DNA of 64,000 nt, from contig OZ076409.1 in NCBI GenBank assembly GCA_964187785.1, forward strand, positions 4,280,001-4,344,000. Direction: 5' to 3'. Source of the stretch: Amphiscolops sp. MND2022 (lineage: Eukaryota). Both the position numbers and the translations under genes were made by a program. Positions 38,650-52,800 of this stretch are shown piece by piece; positions within the stretch are counted from its first letter, which is position 1; every line of letters starts with the position of its first letter. The notes below the pieces were generated by a model. It was not told where the DNA came from, made no database searches, and worked only from the letters and a program-made list of their open reading frames with translations.

Positions 38650-38965
38650 TCGAAGAGAGCGGGTTCGAGCGCTCTCATTTTCGATTGTAGCAGCAAAAAC
38701 GACGCATTGTGGTGAAAACCGCATGCGAAAATTCCTTTTCTGCGTTGAGAAAAGTTGAAAAACCTTGATTTTTGGCCAGTTTCAGGAGTGCCAGAGTGCA
38801 TCATTAAAACCTCTAGGGCACTCAGTGTTTTCGAGACCGGGGAGCCCGCGCGCTCCTATCTTCTGTTTTTATAATACAAACAACGCATTGTGGTGAAAAC
38901 CGCATGCAAAAATTCCTGTTCAGTGCTGAGAAAAGTGGAAAAACGCACTGAATTTGGTCAATTTT
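38650..38965 (+). repeat. Two imperfect direct repeats (period ~180 bp) in the element B leader
   Basis: ACGCATTGTGGTGAAAACCGCATGC.AAAATTCCT at ~38702 and ~38883, each preceded by a GAGC..GCTC hairpin. Confidence 0.75.
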
Positions 38966-40178
38966 CCACAAAACCGGACTGTCTCTGAGCTAGGGTCGGG
39001 TCATCGATTCCTGAACCCTAGCCAAAAAGTGGTTACATTTTCGTAACCACCACAAAAATTAACGTTAGTGCCGAAAATTTGGCGAGCGTGTCGCTCACCA
39101 AAGTCGAGAAAAGCTCTCTGACGTTTCGACTTCAGAAAAGCACATAAAAGCTGAAAAATTCCAAAATTACAGGACTGTCAGTGCCTTATACCTAACGGGC
39201 ACGACCAATTGAGGGTTTATCCCAGTGCTTCGGATAGTGGGGCAACACGTTGGTCCCATTTTGCCCGCCGTATCACTTTCTGAGGTGATCCTCTTGGTCA
39301 ATTTGTGAAAAAAGTAGTCAAAAACAGTATTTTTTCGTGTACAACGTACGTAGTGGGTCGAAACCTCAAATAAGCGCTCGCGCTTCAGTTCGACCATATC
39401 AGTAGCATTGTAGGTGCCCACAGGCATAAACTACCAAGTGTGGTGCCGATCTGTGTGATACTTGTTGAGAAAATAGGAAAAACGTGGCACCCAAAAAGGC
39501 GTGCAAAAAGGCAGTTTTTTCTTAATTTTTCCGAGTAACCCGGGCACCTTAGCCGACGGGTGGGGCTAAATTGCAGCCCACCATCGTATCCTGTGCTAGT
39601 TCCTACGTTGCTGCAGAGAATTTGAGCTTGCTAGCTCTTTCCAGTGGACCGCAATCTAGAAAAAGACGTGAAAAACAGTGTATTTCGGTACATAGTGGTA
39701 CCGCACGTCTGTACCTAGGTGAAACTGTGTAGAAGGGGCGCAACTCAAAACTGTGTTCATTTTCGTAAACCTACGTGTACCTAAGATCTGCTGGCCAATT
39801 TTGGGCTGGATACGGCGCTCCCCGCGCATACCCGAGCCTGTGGAGAGTTATCGTGCGAATTTTGAAAAATCCGAAAATTCCTTGAAATCCTTCCTGTGGG
39901 TGACTGGAAACTTTTTGCCTCAAACGAAGTTGATTTTCTAGCCCAGTGTGCTTGTGGAAAAACGCTGTGCAAATTTGAACAGCCTACGAGCTCTAGAACG
40001 TGTTTCGAAAAATCTAGAACGTTGAATACCACCAAAATTCTTAAGTGCTCACCGGGACGACCAAGGGATCAGCTTCGAATTGAAGACCCTGGTGCGTTCG
40101 GCGACCCAATTTGAGTCTTCCGAGTAACCGTGAGCGGTAACTCGATCGCTATTGATAAACGCGTTGGCCACCGAACCG

Positions 40179-43100
40179 ATGGCGGTGTCCCATACTGGTT
40201 CACAATCATGGGTCACGATAGAGGGTTCGTGTTTTTCAGACGACATGTCTGACGAAGTCACTATCGAACAACAGCGAAAGGAGGAATTGGCCGCTATGGT
40301 TCCTCCCTCAGAGAACTCCAGTATTTCGGCAAATTCGTGTCGAACTGAGCAGTGGGTCGACGAAACCTGCCGCGATAGAGCTAATGAGGTGGAAGAGGGC
40401 TGGCCTAATTCGAACATGACCGATGAACTGGCGGCCGAGGAAGGGTGCTCGCGCGCACCCCCGGCTGGAGAAAGACAACTTGGCTCACAAACTGACATGG
40501 AGCAGGACCTCACTTATGTGGGAGGCATGGGTTACGCGCGATAGCGGGGACTCGGGACCACTCGAGGACCTACCCGGGTCTGTGCCTACGGGAAGCACAA
40601 GAAGGTACGACCACCTCTACTACAGGTAGGCGAGCCACGTCAAGAGGCATCCCGTGTCAGGAGTATGACAGGCTCATTGGCCTCATCGGAACGGTCTTCA
40701 GTATACAAGGCAGCACTATTGGATGCCCAAGCCGAAACCCAACGGGCCCTAGCGGGTCTGGCCAGCACTCGTGCTGAATGCAATGAGCAACACCTTGCTA
40801 TCGTAGAGAACATTAAAGTGATGCAGACGACGATGCGTGAAGGCCTGCAGGTCAGTGATCAATTGCGCACCGCGCAGAATGTGCAAAATGCTCGAGTGGA
40901 CACATTGGGTCACCGGATAGGAGAGATGAATGACACGTTGATGTCTCGTGAGCTGCGCGTGGAAACGCAGATCAACGACTTAAGCAATCAGATGTACACG
41001 GTACTCAATGCCATTGATGTCATGAGACGTGAGAGGTCGCTCCCGCGGCAGCCCAGTACAAGTGGAGGCGTGCGGAATGGAGGCCCAGTCCGTATCTCGG
41101 AGCCGACGTGCCCGAGCCAGGTAGTGAAGTCGGAACTGCCGAGCGCGCTAAAGCCTAGCACTTCCAGGCCGGCGGTGCCTGCGCCCCGGAAAGATGAAGG
41201 AGTAGCCGGAAATTTGGTGATGGCCACGCCTGAAGCAGAGCGCAAGCCTGCACGAGTACAGATGAGGGGACATCACGACTCAGCAGAATCATCGATGCCT
41301 TCTGCAACCCAGAGTACCACTCGAGATCAAGGCGTGGACCCGATGTCGACCATCTATCTCGATTCCTCGGTTGAAGTCGACCTATCTAACACCAAAGCAA
41401 CCCTAGGCTCTCAAACCGAGGGAGCAACGTTTGCAACTGCCCCTACTTCGATGTCAGGACCAGATTCTTTATACTGGACCGCAGACTTGTCAGCCGAACA
41501 TGGACTGCCCTCGGGCACTCCCTGTGCTAGCAGCACTCGTAAAAAGGACGAAATCGCTGACCTGTCGATACAAGCCACTCTTGGTAGTCATGACAGGACA
41601 CGCGAAGGGGAGGCCAAGGCCGATGAAGGAGAAGCCATATCCCCCGAGCAGCTGAGATTCACGGCCGGCTTATCAAAGGCGATGTCCAAAGAGTTAGCGC
41701 CCTTACTCGCCGGCAGAGACTTGGCTCAGGCGAGGCCCAATGTATATCGCGGGTCCAAAGAAGGATCCATTGATGGGTGAATCCTTATTATGCAGAGATA
41801 CCTGAAGAGAACACAAACCAAGGTCTCAGCCGAGGACCAGGCTTGGAGCATCATCGGTCACCTTGAAGGTGAAGCCCGCAACTACATAATCAACAAAGCG
41901 GAATCCGAACGTGACACCCCCGAAAAGGTGTTCGAATTGTTATCCAGCCGCTTTGGCGCTGGAGGAAACCGTATGCAAGTGCGACAAGCTTTCCAGAGCC
42001 GCATTCAACAAGAGAAAGAAGACTGGATGCAGTACTTAGACGCTCTAGAGGGTCTTCGGAGTCAAGGATTCCCACAAGAGGCAATCACCACCAAGCGCTA
42101 TGAAATCCTCCAGCGCTTCATGGAAGGTGTACGAGACCCAGCGCTGAGGCGGGAGCTGGCCATAGTGTATGCCTCGGAAGTCTTCCTGACCGAGCCACCT
42201 ACGGTGGAATCCCTCCGCTTCACCACCCGCCAATTGCAGCGCAACCGTCCAAAACCTAACCAATTCCCTCAGCCCTATGACCCCAGACTAGCAATGAGGT
42301 CTCGACCTCAACCCTTCGCGCCATCACCCCCCAACAAAATGGTGTTACCACAAGGAGTAATGCCTCCCCCACCTGCGAGTAACGCTCCCCCCAATCAAGT
42401 AGCAGTGCAGCCTGCGGCACGCCTACCCGTTGGCGCGTGCTATAATTGCGGTCAAGCTGGGCATTTTGCCCGGGACTGTCCCGCACGCGATCAAGCTCGC
42501 AAACCAGTGGCAGCTCCTGAACCAGAAGGCGTGAAAGTCACTGCTGAAGACGTAACTGATGGCGTGTTGGAGAGCTATCCAAGCATTCATCAGTGTGCGC
42601 ACTGTGGAGTCTATGACCATGTGGATGTCCCCTGTGGTGAGCATTCTCAAGCTCCGAGGCCTAATGATGAATTGGCCTACAATCGATGGGCTGAAGTGGA
42701 ATCCGCTGGTGTGGCCGCCCACACGGTACCCCTGGAAGATGATCGCGTATTAATGCTACACCCAGCGGAGCCCCCAGCGTTTCACCCCCCACTGATAGTT
42801 ACATGTGGGACAAAGCAGATTCAGACGTGCTTGGAGCCCACAACGTTCGATCCACAAGGGAGGACGTTGATCTCGATTCATCTTATGCTGGCAGCTGAGC
42901 AGGTGCGCAGACCAACGTTAACCTTGGCGAAACTCTGGGTTGAGCTATCTGTCCTCTATAACCGGATGGAATTGCCCCGCCCAAAACAGTGGCACGTCCC
43001 CGGAGAGTCGGAGACCCTGACTACGTACTCGCCAGTACCAGTCTGTGCAACGATGGACGGCGTGGACGTGAAGTTCGAGGCCTGTGTGGTGGTAGATGTA

Positions 43101-46100
43101 TTCCCACCCGGCTTATGCTTGGGACCTCAAGAGCTGAAATGCTATAATATCAACCACCAAGAACCCACCGGGGAAGCGCGAATAGATGAGCGTGCGTCGC
43201 TCGTTGTCTCCTTTGTGGTGCCACATGCGGCACCCATCCCACTGCGAGGCCTGGTGGACACTGGTTCTGGAGTATCCATACTATCCTTCTCCGCCTTCAA
43301 CCGGGTAGCTGCACGGACCGGAGCGGTCCCGAAACCCTATCAAATTGATTTGTACGTTGCCAATGGGAAGACAATAAAGACTTTCGGGCTGGCTGAGCAG
43401 ATACGCTTCCAGTTGGGAGGTTATGAACTCGAAACCAATTTCGTCGTGGTAGATGACGCAATGGGCGTGGAGGACTTTCTGTTGGGTCGAAACTTCCTCC
43501 GTTCCTACCAAGTCTTGGTAGATCTAACCTCCATGAAGATAGTGGTGCGAGCACCCGTGAAGCCCGTCTGGCATCATGCACACACCCAGCTAGGTGATGC
43601 TTCGCTAACTACTCCCATTGCTCTGGACAGTGACTTAGTCCTACAGCCCTTCGAGCGTACAGTGGCAAAGGCCAAACTTGTCACCAACGCGCTTGAACCA
43701 CTAATCTTCCAGACCGTGGCGCTTAACGCCTCGTTGTCTGATCCCTTATTGCAAAATACCATCTTTTTAGAGGACAGCGTGGCCACTGTCAGTGAGACAG
43801 GAACACTGTATGTGAGTCTGGTAAACCTCACCAGCAACCAGCAGCGTGTACGATGTGGTGCCCACCTAGGCACGGTAGTGCCTGTGTCTCTAGTATACCA
43901 GGCTGTGCCCCAAAAGCTGGATGCTACTGCGGAAACTGACCACAAAACTGAAGCCGACAACAGTCGAGCAAATTTTGTTTATAAAGTGTACAGTGAAATG
44001 AATCTATCTACTGCTTCTGAGTTAACCTCTTCATCTGAATTTGAGTTTTTGTCTTCTACGGATCCAAGTGAAGCGGGGCTTTCGGAGCGCGAGATTCGCA
44101 AGCGCACCGATCCCGACCTATTGGCCCCGATCCCTGGGCCCGATTCTCAACTGCAAGAAGTCAAGAAACTCTGGGGCGCTAGCGCCTGCGAGTCCTTAGA
44201 CAACATTCTTAACGAGTTTGATGACCTATTCATGAAACGCAAGGCGGATATTGGCCGCTGTACCATTGCTAAACACACCATAGAGGTAGAGCCTGAGGCT
44301 GTACCGCACCGTGAAGGTGCTCGGAGAATGTCCCCCGAAAAGGCTGAACGAGCCAACCAGGAGGTTCGGAGCTTATTGGCCTTAGGAATGATACAACCTT
44401 CACTGTCCCAATGGGCAAGTGGTATCGTAATGGTAAAAAAGAAAAGCGGGGAGTTACGCTTTTGCTGTGACTTCCGACCGCTGAATGAAGTAACCATTAA
44501 GGATGCCTATCCCCTGCCCCGTATCGATGAAAGCCTGGCGCGACTGGGCAATGCAAAGATCTACACCAGCATAGACCTTGCCTGGGCTTTCTGGCAAATT
44601 CCCTTGCGAAAGGCGGACCGCCACAAAACAGCCTTTGCCTGTGAGTTGGGACTCTTTGAATGGCGAAGAATGCCATTTGGCTTGTGCAATGCATCAGCCA
44701 CCTTCCAGCGAGCAATAGCGCGAGCGCTGCAAAAAATAGTCAATCGCAAAGGCAGCATGGTCATGGCATACATCGACGACATAGTTATAGCAACTGAGAC
44801 TGTGGAAGATCACATGGCACGTTTGCGCGAGGTTTTTGAATGCCTCCGCGAAGCTGGCTTCAAGATGCGCGTAGCCAAATGCGATTTCATGAAACCAGAA
44901 ATCAAATATCTGGGACGCGTGGTCTCAGCAGAAGGTGTCAAACCGGACCCGAAAGCTGTTGCCAAACTGCGCGATTGGGACATCCCCCGCAACACAACTG
45001 AAATGCAAAGCTTCCTGGGATCCGCTAATTATTATCGTGAATTCATCCCGTGGCATGCCAAGCTGGTGGCGCCCCTCCACGACGTTACGGGACTGAATGC
45101 CACGTTCGCATGGGGTCCTGGCCAACAAAAAGCATTCAACGAAATCAAGACAGCATTGATCGAGGCGACTGCGCTCGCGCAGCCTGATTCCGAAGGAGAG
45201 TTTGTGCTGGACACCGATGCCAGCGCTGTTGCCATTTCCGGTATCCTACACCAATGGCAAGGAGCTCCCGGAGAGCGACGCCTACGACCGATCATATACG
45301 GCAGCAAGAAACTGACCACCACCCAACCCAAATATGGGGCACCCAAGCTGGAGATGTTTGCTGCCTACTACTTCATCCTCAAGTACCACAGCTACCTTTG
45401 TGCCCGCAAGTTCACTCTGAGAGTCGACAACCAAGCCCTATCCTGGTTGAAAACCTACTCCACGGACCAAGCATTGATTGGACGTTGGATTATGACACTG
45501 GACAGGTATCACTTTCGCGTGGAACATAGACCGCGAACGCAACACCGCAATGCTGATGGCTTGAGCAAACGAACCAACGAGTATCGATGCCGAGAACAGC
45601 AGCTTGCGCAGCTGCCAGGTACTGGAGAGCGTTGGAACTTCCTCTCGGCCGAGGAATTCGACAACCTCCCCATAGCCCCATGGTTCGACCTGCAAGGTCG
45701 AATCATTGCAAATCATCCTGACCTACCACCGCATCTGCAGAACTTGGAGCCTAAGGCTCCTGACCAGGCACTCCGTGTGCTTCGCCGTGTGCAACGAGCG
45801 AACAAGCGAGAACGACAGGCAAAGGCGCTAGCCGCGCCTTTACCGCCTCAGCCTCCACCCGTAATGCAAAAACACGAAGACTTCTACCCAGACTATCCTG
45901 AAGACTGGATAGATGTCACCACTGAGGCCAGCGAGGATTACCTGCTGCCAACACATGCAGTAAATGTCCCCTCGCGCACCATCTATTCTGTGACGGGAAC
46001 GAGTAACGCCATGCTACAGAACTCACCTGGTGGCGTGCGCGAGTCGATCATGGCCCTCAAGGACATCGACACCGAGCTCCATGAACACACACATACCGTG

Positions 46101-47942
46101 CATGGGATCAAGGACTTGGTTTTAGCCCAAAACCGCGATGTCCACGTGCTAGCACTGAAAAAGCTCGTGCAGTGTGAATCCCTAGATAACGACGTGTTTC
46201 CCGAGAACGTGCGTGAGTTCGCACGTAATTACTTCCGCCAGAAAAAGGATCTCTTGTTCATAAACAAGAATCATGTCCTTTGCGTGCAGTACTCCCCCAC
46301 CCAACGCCCACTGCACGAACGTCTGTGCATGATCATAATGCCTCAACTGTACCAGCACGAGATTCTGTTCCGCGCGCACGACGCAATGGGACACCAAGGT
46401 ATCTCAAAAGTGGTAGCTCGAATTCAAGAGCGCCACACTTGGCCCGGCATAAGGCGCAGTGTCGGTCGATACGTCGGCCAATGCCTCACCTGCCAACAAG
46501 TACGTGACAAGCCTGGTGACGTACGATTCCAATTGAAAAATATTCAGAGTGGCTACTTCAACGAGTTGGTCCAATATGACCACTTAAAAATCTGCCCCTC
46601 TGATAACAACAACACTGGCATTTTGGTCATCATCGACCATTTCTCTAAATTTGCAAAAGTAGTCCCTTGTAGTCATCATGACTATGACGCAGTGACTACC
46701 TCACGATTGCTGCTGCAGAAATGGTTTGCCCGCCACGGCACCCCCACCCGCATGCAATCAGACAATGCCCCCAACCTTACTGCTGAAGTCTCTAATGAGT
46801 TTCTAAAGGCAGCTCACGTCACTAAGGTGACCTCCACTGCCGGACATCCACGAACTCAAGGCTTGGTGGAACGGCAAAACCGCACCCTCTTAACCTTGTT
46901 GCGAGTCTTTTGCTCACGTTGCATGCGCGACTGGGACCAGTGCTTAGATGAAGTGATCGGTGCCTATAATTCCACCAGGCACGCCACAACAGGCTTCTCG
47001 CCCTATATGTTGACAAGGGGTGTTGAGAAAGCAATTCCCCTCACCTTTTTATACCCTGAATTTGCAGCCAAGTCCGTCGATACGCATGAAGCATACGTGG
47101 ATCATGTGTTGGCTCGCCAACAAGAAATTCACGACTTGGTCCGGCGCAACAGGCACCAAGCCCAATTGCGCCAAAAACTGAAATATGATCGTGCTATCCG
47201 AGCACGAGCTTACCAGCCGGGAGAGCTCGTCTGGGTTTTTTGCCGCTACGTGCCGCAAAAAGGCTCGCCAAAATTGATGCGCGCCTGGCGTGGCCCGCAC
47301 AAAATAGTGCAAGTTTTTCAAGAAGGACGTGTCTACGTATTGGACACAGGCCAAAAGGTTCATTTTGAGCGCCTGAAACCTCATAATAGTGGGCCCCTTG
47401 AGCTTGCCACCGCGCACGCGGACAGCGGCGAAATAGTGGTACTCATGGACCCTGACCCTGAACGTTCTGTTGAAGCAGTTGACGACGATAAGTCCCAGCC
47501 TTCATATAAAACTGAACAACTACTTTCAGAAGCATCTGACGTATCCTTGCCTTCGCGCAAGCAACATTGGATGGATACCCGTCTGCGCACAAAGTTACGT
47601 GCTGGAGGTTCCCGCATGCACTACCAGCAATTCGACTACTCAACTTCGGGCACTGACGACGAGTTGTCCGAAGTCATGCTACCGGTACCTCCTGATCCCG
47701 TTGATGCCGATCGCAGGGAGCCCGAACCCCAACTCCCTTCAGACCAATCAATATCACCTGCCCATCATCTGCCTCAACTATTCTCCGACCATGAGCGCGC
47801 GCGCTCTCCGTCACCACGGATATCCTCTCCCGAAAGACAGCCCTCCTTACTGGGCACATCGGCCCCACTACTGACAAATCCATCACTGACGAGTTTCCTC
47901 AACAACTATCCCATTTGGCCGGCCGCTCCTTCCCTTCTCTGA
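40179..47942 (+). CDS. gag-pol: Element B gag-pol polyprotein (one frame, two premature stops at 40542 and 41778)
   Basis: ORFs 40152, 40665 and 41790 share a frame. CCHC knuckle CYNCGQAGHFARDC (42438), protease LVDTGS (43257), RT MPFGL/YIDD (44769), RNase H DTDAS, integrase HHCC + D,D,E, RGPH motif. Confidence 0.95.
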
Positions 47943-49534
47943 AATCCGCCACTGAGGATGACGACGCTCAGTCCAATGTCCCTACTCTTCCCACAACATT
48001 GCCCGGAGCGGAGACCGCTCCTTCTTTCAAAAGGGGGAGGGGGAGACCACCCAAAACGCGAAAAAGGCTGGTCAGAGCGAAGGCAAGAACGAGGAAGAAA
48101 GAAACTACAACAACAATGCCGTCGGAAACAGCAATACCGACCGAGGCTTCCGAGGTCCCCCGATATCAACTGAGAAGCAGAGCGCAGCCACGCTATAAGT
48201 GCGGGACCTGTGGGCTGCGAGACTGTGTTTGCTTGCTAGCCGTCAATGAGAACCGGAGGGTTCCCACTGGAGCCCGGGGAGTCCCTCCAGAGCGGGGAGA
48301 AAATCTAGTACATCGCCTTACGGTGAGAGCTGAAAAGACTTATTCCTCCCTGGAACGACACGGAGACCATCCCGTGGATACTATCCTGGAGAAGTTATCA
48401 CTACCTGGAGTAGCGAAGGCCCCATGTCCTCGATTCAAGGAGTGGACTAGCGATGGAAAAGGGTTAGAGTTCACCCTCGCAACGGTGATGCCCCCAGTAC
48501 CCAGCAATATTGCTTTTGGCCCCTTCAACTTCGAGCGGGAGCCTGTGCAAATGGTCCGATGCATCACCGCTGATCTTCTCTGTGACAAATACGGAATTCA
48601 CGTGGATCCGGGCGGAGTATACAGCCCAGCGCCGCACTGGTGGTTGCTGGTCACTGCTCCACGAGTGGAGACAATAGTGGAACCATTGCACCTGCTGTCC
48701 TGCTTGGAAGGTCTGAGGACCCTCACTACCGCGGACTTGATACTTTGCTTCCACATCATAGACTGGTATCGTGGCAAAGTAAAATTTGCGTGGTGGTTGG
48801 AGCTGATCATCACTTGTTTCCCCAATTATCCTCGCATTAGATTGCTGGATGAGTGGACTCATACTTTCGAGATTCCGCTTCCTCCGAAAGCCGTTTTGAG
48901 CACCCTAGACACATGGGTTAGGGCGAGCAGCGATAATCGAGCGATGCCACGCTCGGTATGGCAAGACCTGGCCGCAATCCAGGGGCGTACGCCCCGCGTA
49001 TGCTTGCCTGCCGACAATGGGCCGGGGAGAGAGATCGTCTACCCGGGAATCCTGCATCCAGCCCCAACAGAACACCTCTCATATGATGTGACTGATTTTC
49101 TTCAAGTAAAAGGTGACATAGTGTTGGCGTGTCCCGCTGACCTAGAGACCAACTCAGCTGCCCTACGGTACGTGCTACGAGAATGTGGCAAGGAGAATGT
49201 ATTCTCCTTACGTCCTAAGGTGGGGGAGATTCTCACCATTCCTCCCGATATCAACCCAAACCCCAATCAGAGTATTCACTTGTTAATAATCAGAGCAAAC
49301 CAGCGTGCGCCGCTGCTCGCAGACGACTACCTACGTTGTATGACGCACTTGATATAGCGTTTGATGGATAAGGGATCCACGAGGGTCCACCTACCTATAC
49401 TGGATCCAGAGCGACCCGCCCTCTCACTGGTAAACTTATACCATACCCTAACGAATTTGCTGGAGGGTAGTGGTATTCACGTGGTGCTGCATAACCGCGT
49501 GTATGTGTCCATTCTGAACATAGGGCTGGAGTAG
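47915..49534 (+). CDS. Element B post-integrase ORF: AT-hook, Cys cluster, two TARG1/Poa1-like macrodomains (internal TAG at 49355)
   Basis: KRGRGRPPK; CGTCGLRDCVC; two segments with the macrodomain motif order; the frame continues 58 codons past the TAG to 49534. Confidence 0.6.
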
Positions 49535-49811
49535 CCCACCCAAAACATTTTTGTTGCCCCCTTATTCAATTTACCCACCCGATAATCGTCATGCCTGGGA
49601 GGAAGTCTTAAACTATCCCATGAAATAATTACATTGTAACGTAGCGTTAGATAACTTCTATCTTTGTGTTCTAATTAGTCAGTTGAACTACAATTTAAAC
49701 TTGTTGCGGTTCCCCTATGGAACCATCTTTGCTGCTGAGTGATGAGCCTTAAGCTCTCCCCACAATGCACTTGGTAAGCCTAACAGTAATCCTTTTTAGA
49801 CCTATGATATT

Positions 49812-52800
49812 ATGGCTTATTACCCCAACAACACGGTACCTATTTCCACGACGGGACCTCACGCCAATAGGACCCAAGAATTGCCTGCGCGAGCGCAGAG
49901 GACTAACCAAGTCCAATACGTTGAAGAGAGATTGAGGAACGGCCTCTCACCGTTAGCGGTAGCGGGCGTGGCCGCCCTACTCACCCAACTAGACACAATG
50001 CAGACGCTGCCTGGCGTATCCGTGTCTCTGGTGACGGAAGTAGCCGGTTACCGTCGCACCCTAACCTGCCAAAACAATGCGTGGGATGGCCACGATCTGA
50101 CGCACCAGTTCCTGGATGAACGGTCCACCACAATGCTCGGACCCAGCCAAGGCACGATATTCGAGCAAGAAGCCTCACTGTGTATGGTGCCTGCCAGTGT
50201 AGCAACATTGCCTCCTCCTCAGATGGTCGCACTGCCCCCACCAGCGCCAAATCCAGTACCAATGACGCCAACTTATTCCGGTTCGCCTGCCTTTGGGACC
50301 TCATATCCAGCGCCACACATGGTACTGCAAACCACTACTAATGCACCAGTCTCTGATCGGGAGCCCTCGGGGTCCCGGTTGCCACCCATACCCAACCCAG
50401 AGCTGATGGGAAGGAGTACCAGCGAACAGGCCGTAATTGTGGCTTTGCAAGCGGTGGCGAACTGTCCCAACTCCACCGATTTCGTCCGTGCCGTGGAGCA
50501 GAGAATCCCTGGATTAGCCACGTATGTGCAAGCTGCTGCTCAGTCCGCGGGCTGTGACCCTCCTGCTCCCCTAGTCGAAACGGCATCTATGGATATGGAA
50601 ATTGTCGCTGGACCGAGTAACAGCGCAAGCGCTGCCTCTGGCACACGAGAAGAAGCGGGGAGAAAGCGGCTGACTGAAGAAACTGTCTCAGTTACCCCAG
50701 CTGGCTCGGTAACCGAGAGCCCAACTAGTCGTCCCCCTCCCGACAAGCGCGCTGATGTACCTCGGTCCCAGCTGAAGAGTGTGGTTATCCCTAGGCCCCC
50801 GTACCGGGTTGGTCATCTAGGCCGAAGCGCTCCTCAAATGTCTTTAGCAGACGCGATCGAACAGTATGGAGATCCGGATGCAGGCTCGGAAGTGAGCTCT
50901 GTGCCCTCGGGCACCAATCCATTCGATATGTCCCTGGAGATACCTGAGACGGTGGAGGAAGCCCATCCTCCAGCCTTTCTCCCTCCATCTGACGACGTAT
51001 CCGGCTCAGTAGTCACCAATGATAGCAAACGCATTTGGATGGCGGCTGAGCATCTCTACCCCAGTCAATGCGCTATCAAGAAAAGGACCCCTCCAACTGA
51101 AACGGAGCAAAAGGAGATCAACCGGACCACGATACCGGCGCAAGTCACACGTTCGCTCCGCCCCCGTGACGCAGACATGTCGGAGCAGGCTTGGGAACAG
51201 CGTGCTCGAGAGCAGCTGCCTATGACAACCAACGATTACATGGCGCCCCTGCAACACAATGTCACTGAGCAATTCCCCGCACGGTATGTGTTGCGAGAAG
51301 GTGAGACATGGGAGGCGAACGCTCGTTACGCTCGCAACCTGAGATCCTTGAAACCCCTATTGAAAGCAGCTCTGCAGTGTGCGCGCTACTGCATGGCAGT
51401 TGATTCCACTTGCCGAAGTGACCTCCCTATTGACAATTTAATGCCTGACGTGCTGGTGCTAACTATGCCCCTGTCTCGCTTCGCTGAGGTCGCTGAGATG
51501 GTCGGAGCCATATACGATCCAAACTTAAGAGGATCACAAAAGGAACCACCCCCACAGCGAGTGATCTTCGCCAATCTCCTGGATCACATGGCTTGCGAAG
51601 GATTGCTGCATGACCTGGACGCCATAATGTCCAATGTCCGACGACTTGGAGACATTGCTGCCCTGGTAAATGAGGTGGTCGGTGCAATGGAACGTGTCGC
51701 AGAGATCCTTCGGGGTCGTCTGGGAGCGCTCGCGCTCTTTGTATCCCCACCGGGATTCATGTATTGGCCACGAAGTCTGCAGCAGTTCGTCTACATTCTG
51801 CTGGAGGTGTGCAAGGCGCGCAGAGTCGAATTCGCCATCTGTGCACCGAACTTGCGCGTGGACCGAGAGGACCTGCGCCCAGATACCATATCGTATCCAG
51901 CCTTCTTTGCCGCCGTATCTAGAGCGCTTGTGGCTATAGAACGCTCGGGAAACGCCCAGCTAACCATTGACGATGCCATCCTCTATGATTATGGAATGCG
52001 GATGGGCAGACTGGCCTTTGACCTTGACGGCAACCGCACTGCCCGAGAATCTAATGTAACCGAACGAGAGGCTGTTCGCCGGTACAATTGGCTAGTGCGA
52101 AAAGATAAAGAAATCCCAGTGCGCGCAGAATTAGCCGATCTGACAAAACAAATTGGTGCATGGCCTGCAGCGCGCACCGTCGAGAGAACAATTCCTCAGA
52201 TCCACTTCGCCTCGGGAATCGAGCCCGTGAAGCTGCCTGTAGGGCTGCGATGTATCGTAGCAATAGAAGCAACAAATCTGAAAGCAGAAGTCGACGCCGC
52301 AGCCACAACTTATGCTTATTGGTACCAGACTAGGTTTGCCACTAGAACTCTGGCAGAAGTAGCTCGAGAGCTCAATTGTCCATTGGAAGCCTTCTGTACC
52401 AGTCTTGGTCTAGGATGGAACCTAGAGGTACTAACTTCTGAGTTCTCGCTGACCTCTACGCAAACGGACAAGCTGTTAGAAACAATTGGAGAGGCAACCG
52501 TCGGAGAAATACTAGCGCTCGCGCTAGCGATGGGCCCAACCAAGTTCGTAGTCGGACCACTGGCCTTGTTAGCCGACATGGTAATTGCCTGCGACCTCAC
52601 CGTGTTCTACAGCTACTTGGTCCTTGCACAAGGACAACTACGCAGTCTGACCCGTTGGGGACACTTGATGACTTCCAAAGACCAGCAAGACTATTCCGCA
52701 CAACTGGAGCGCATGCGTGCGTCAATCCAGCACTGGCTATACTCCACCCTGGTGTTCGCCTCCGGCCTATTCGTGGGCGTAGACCAATCCCAACCACTAC

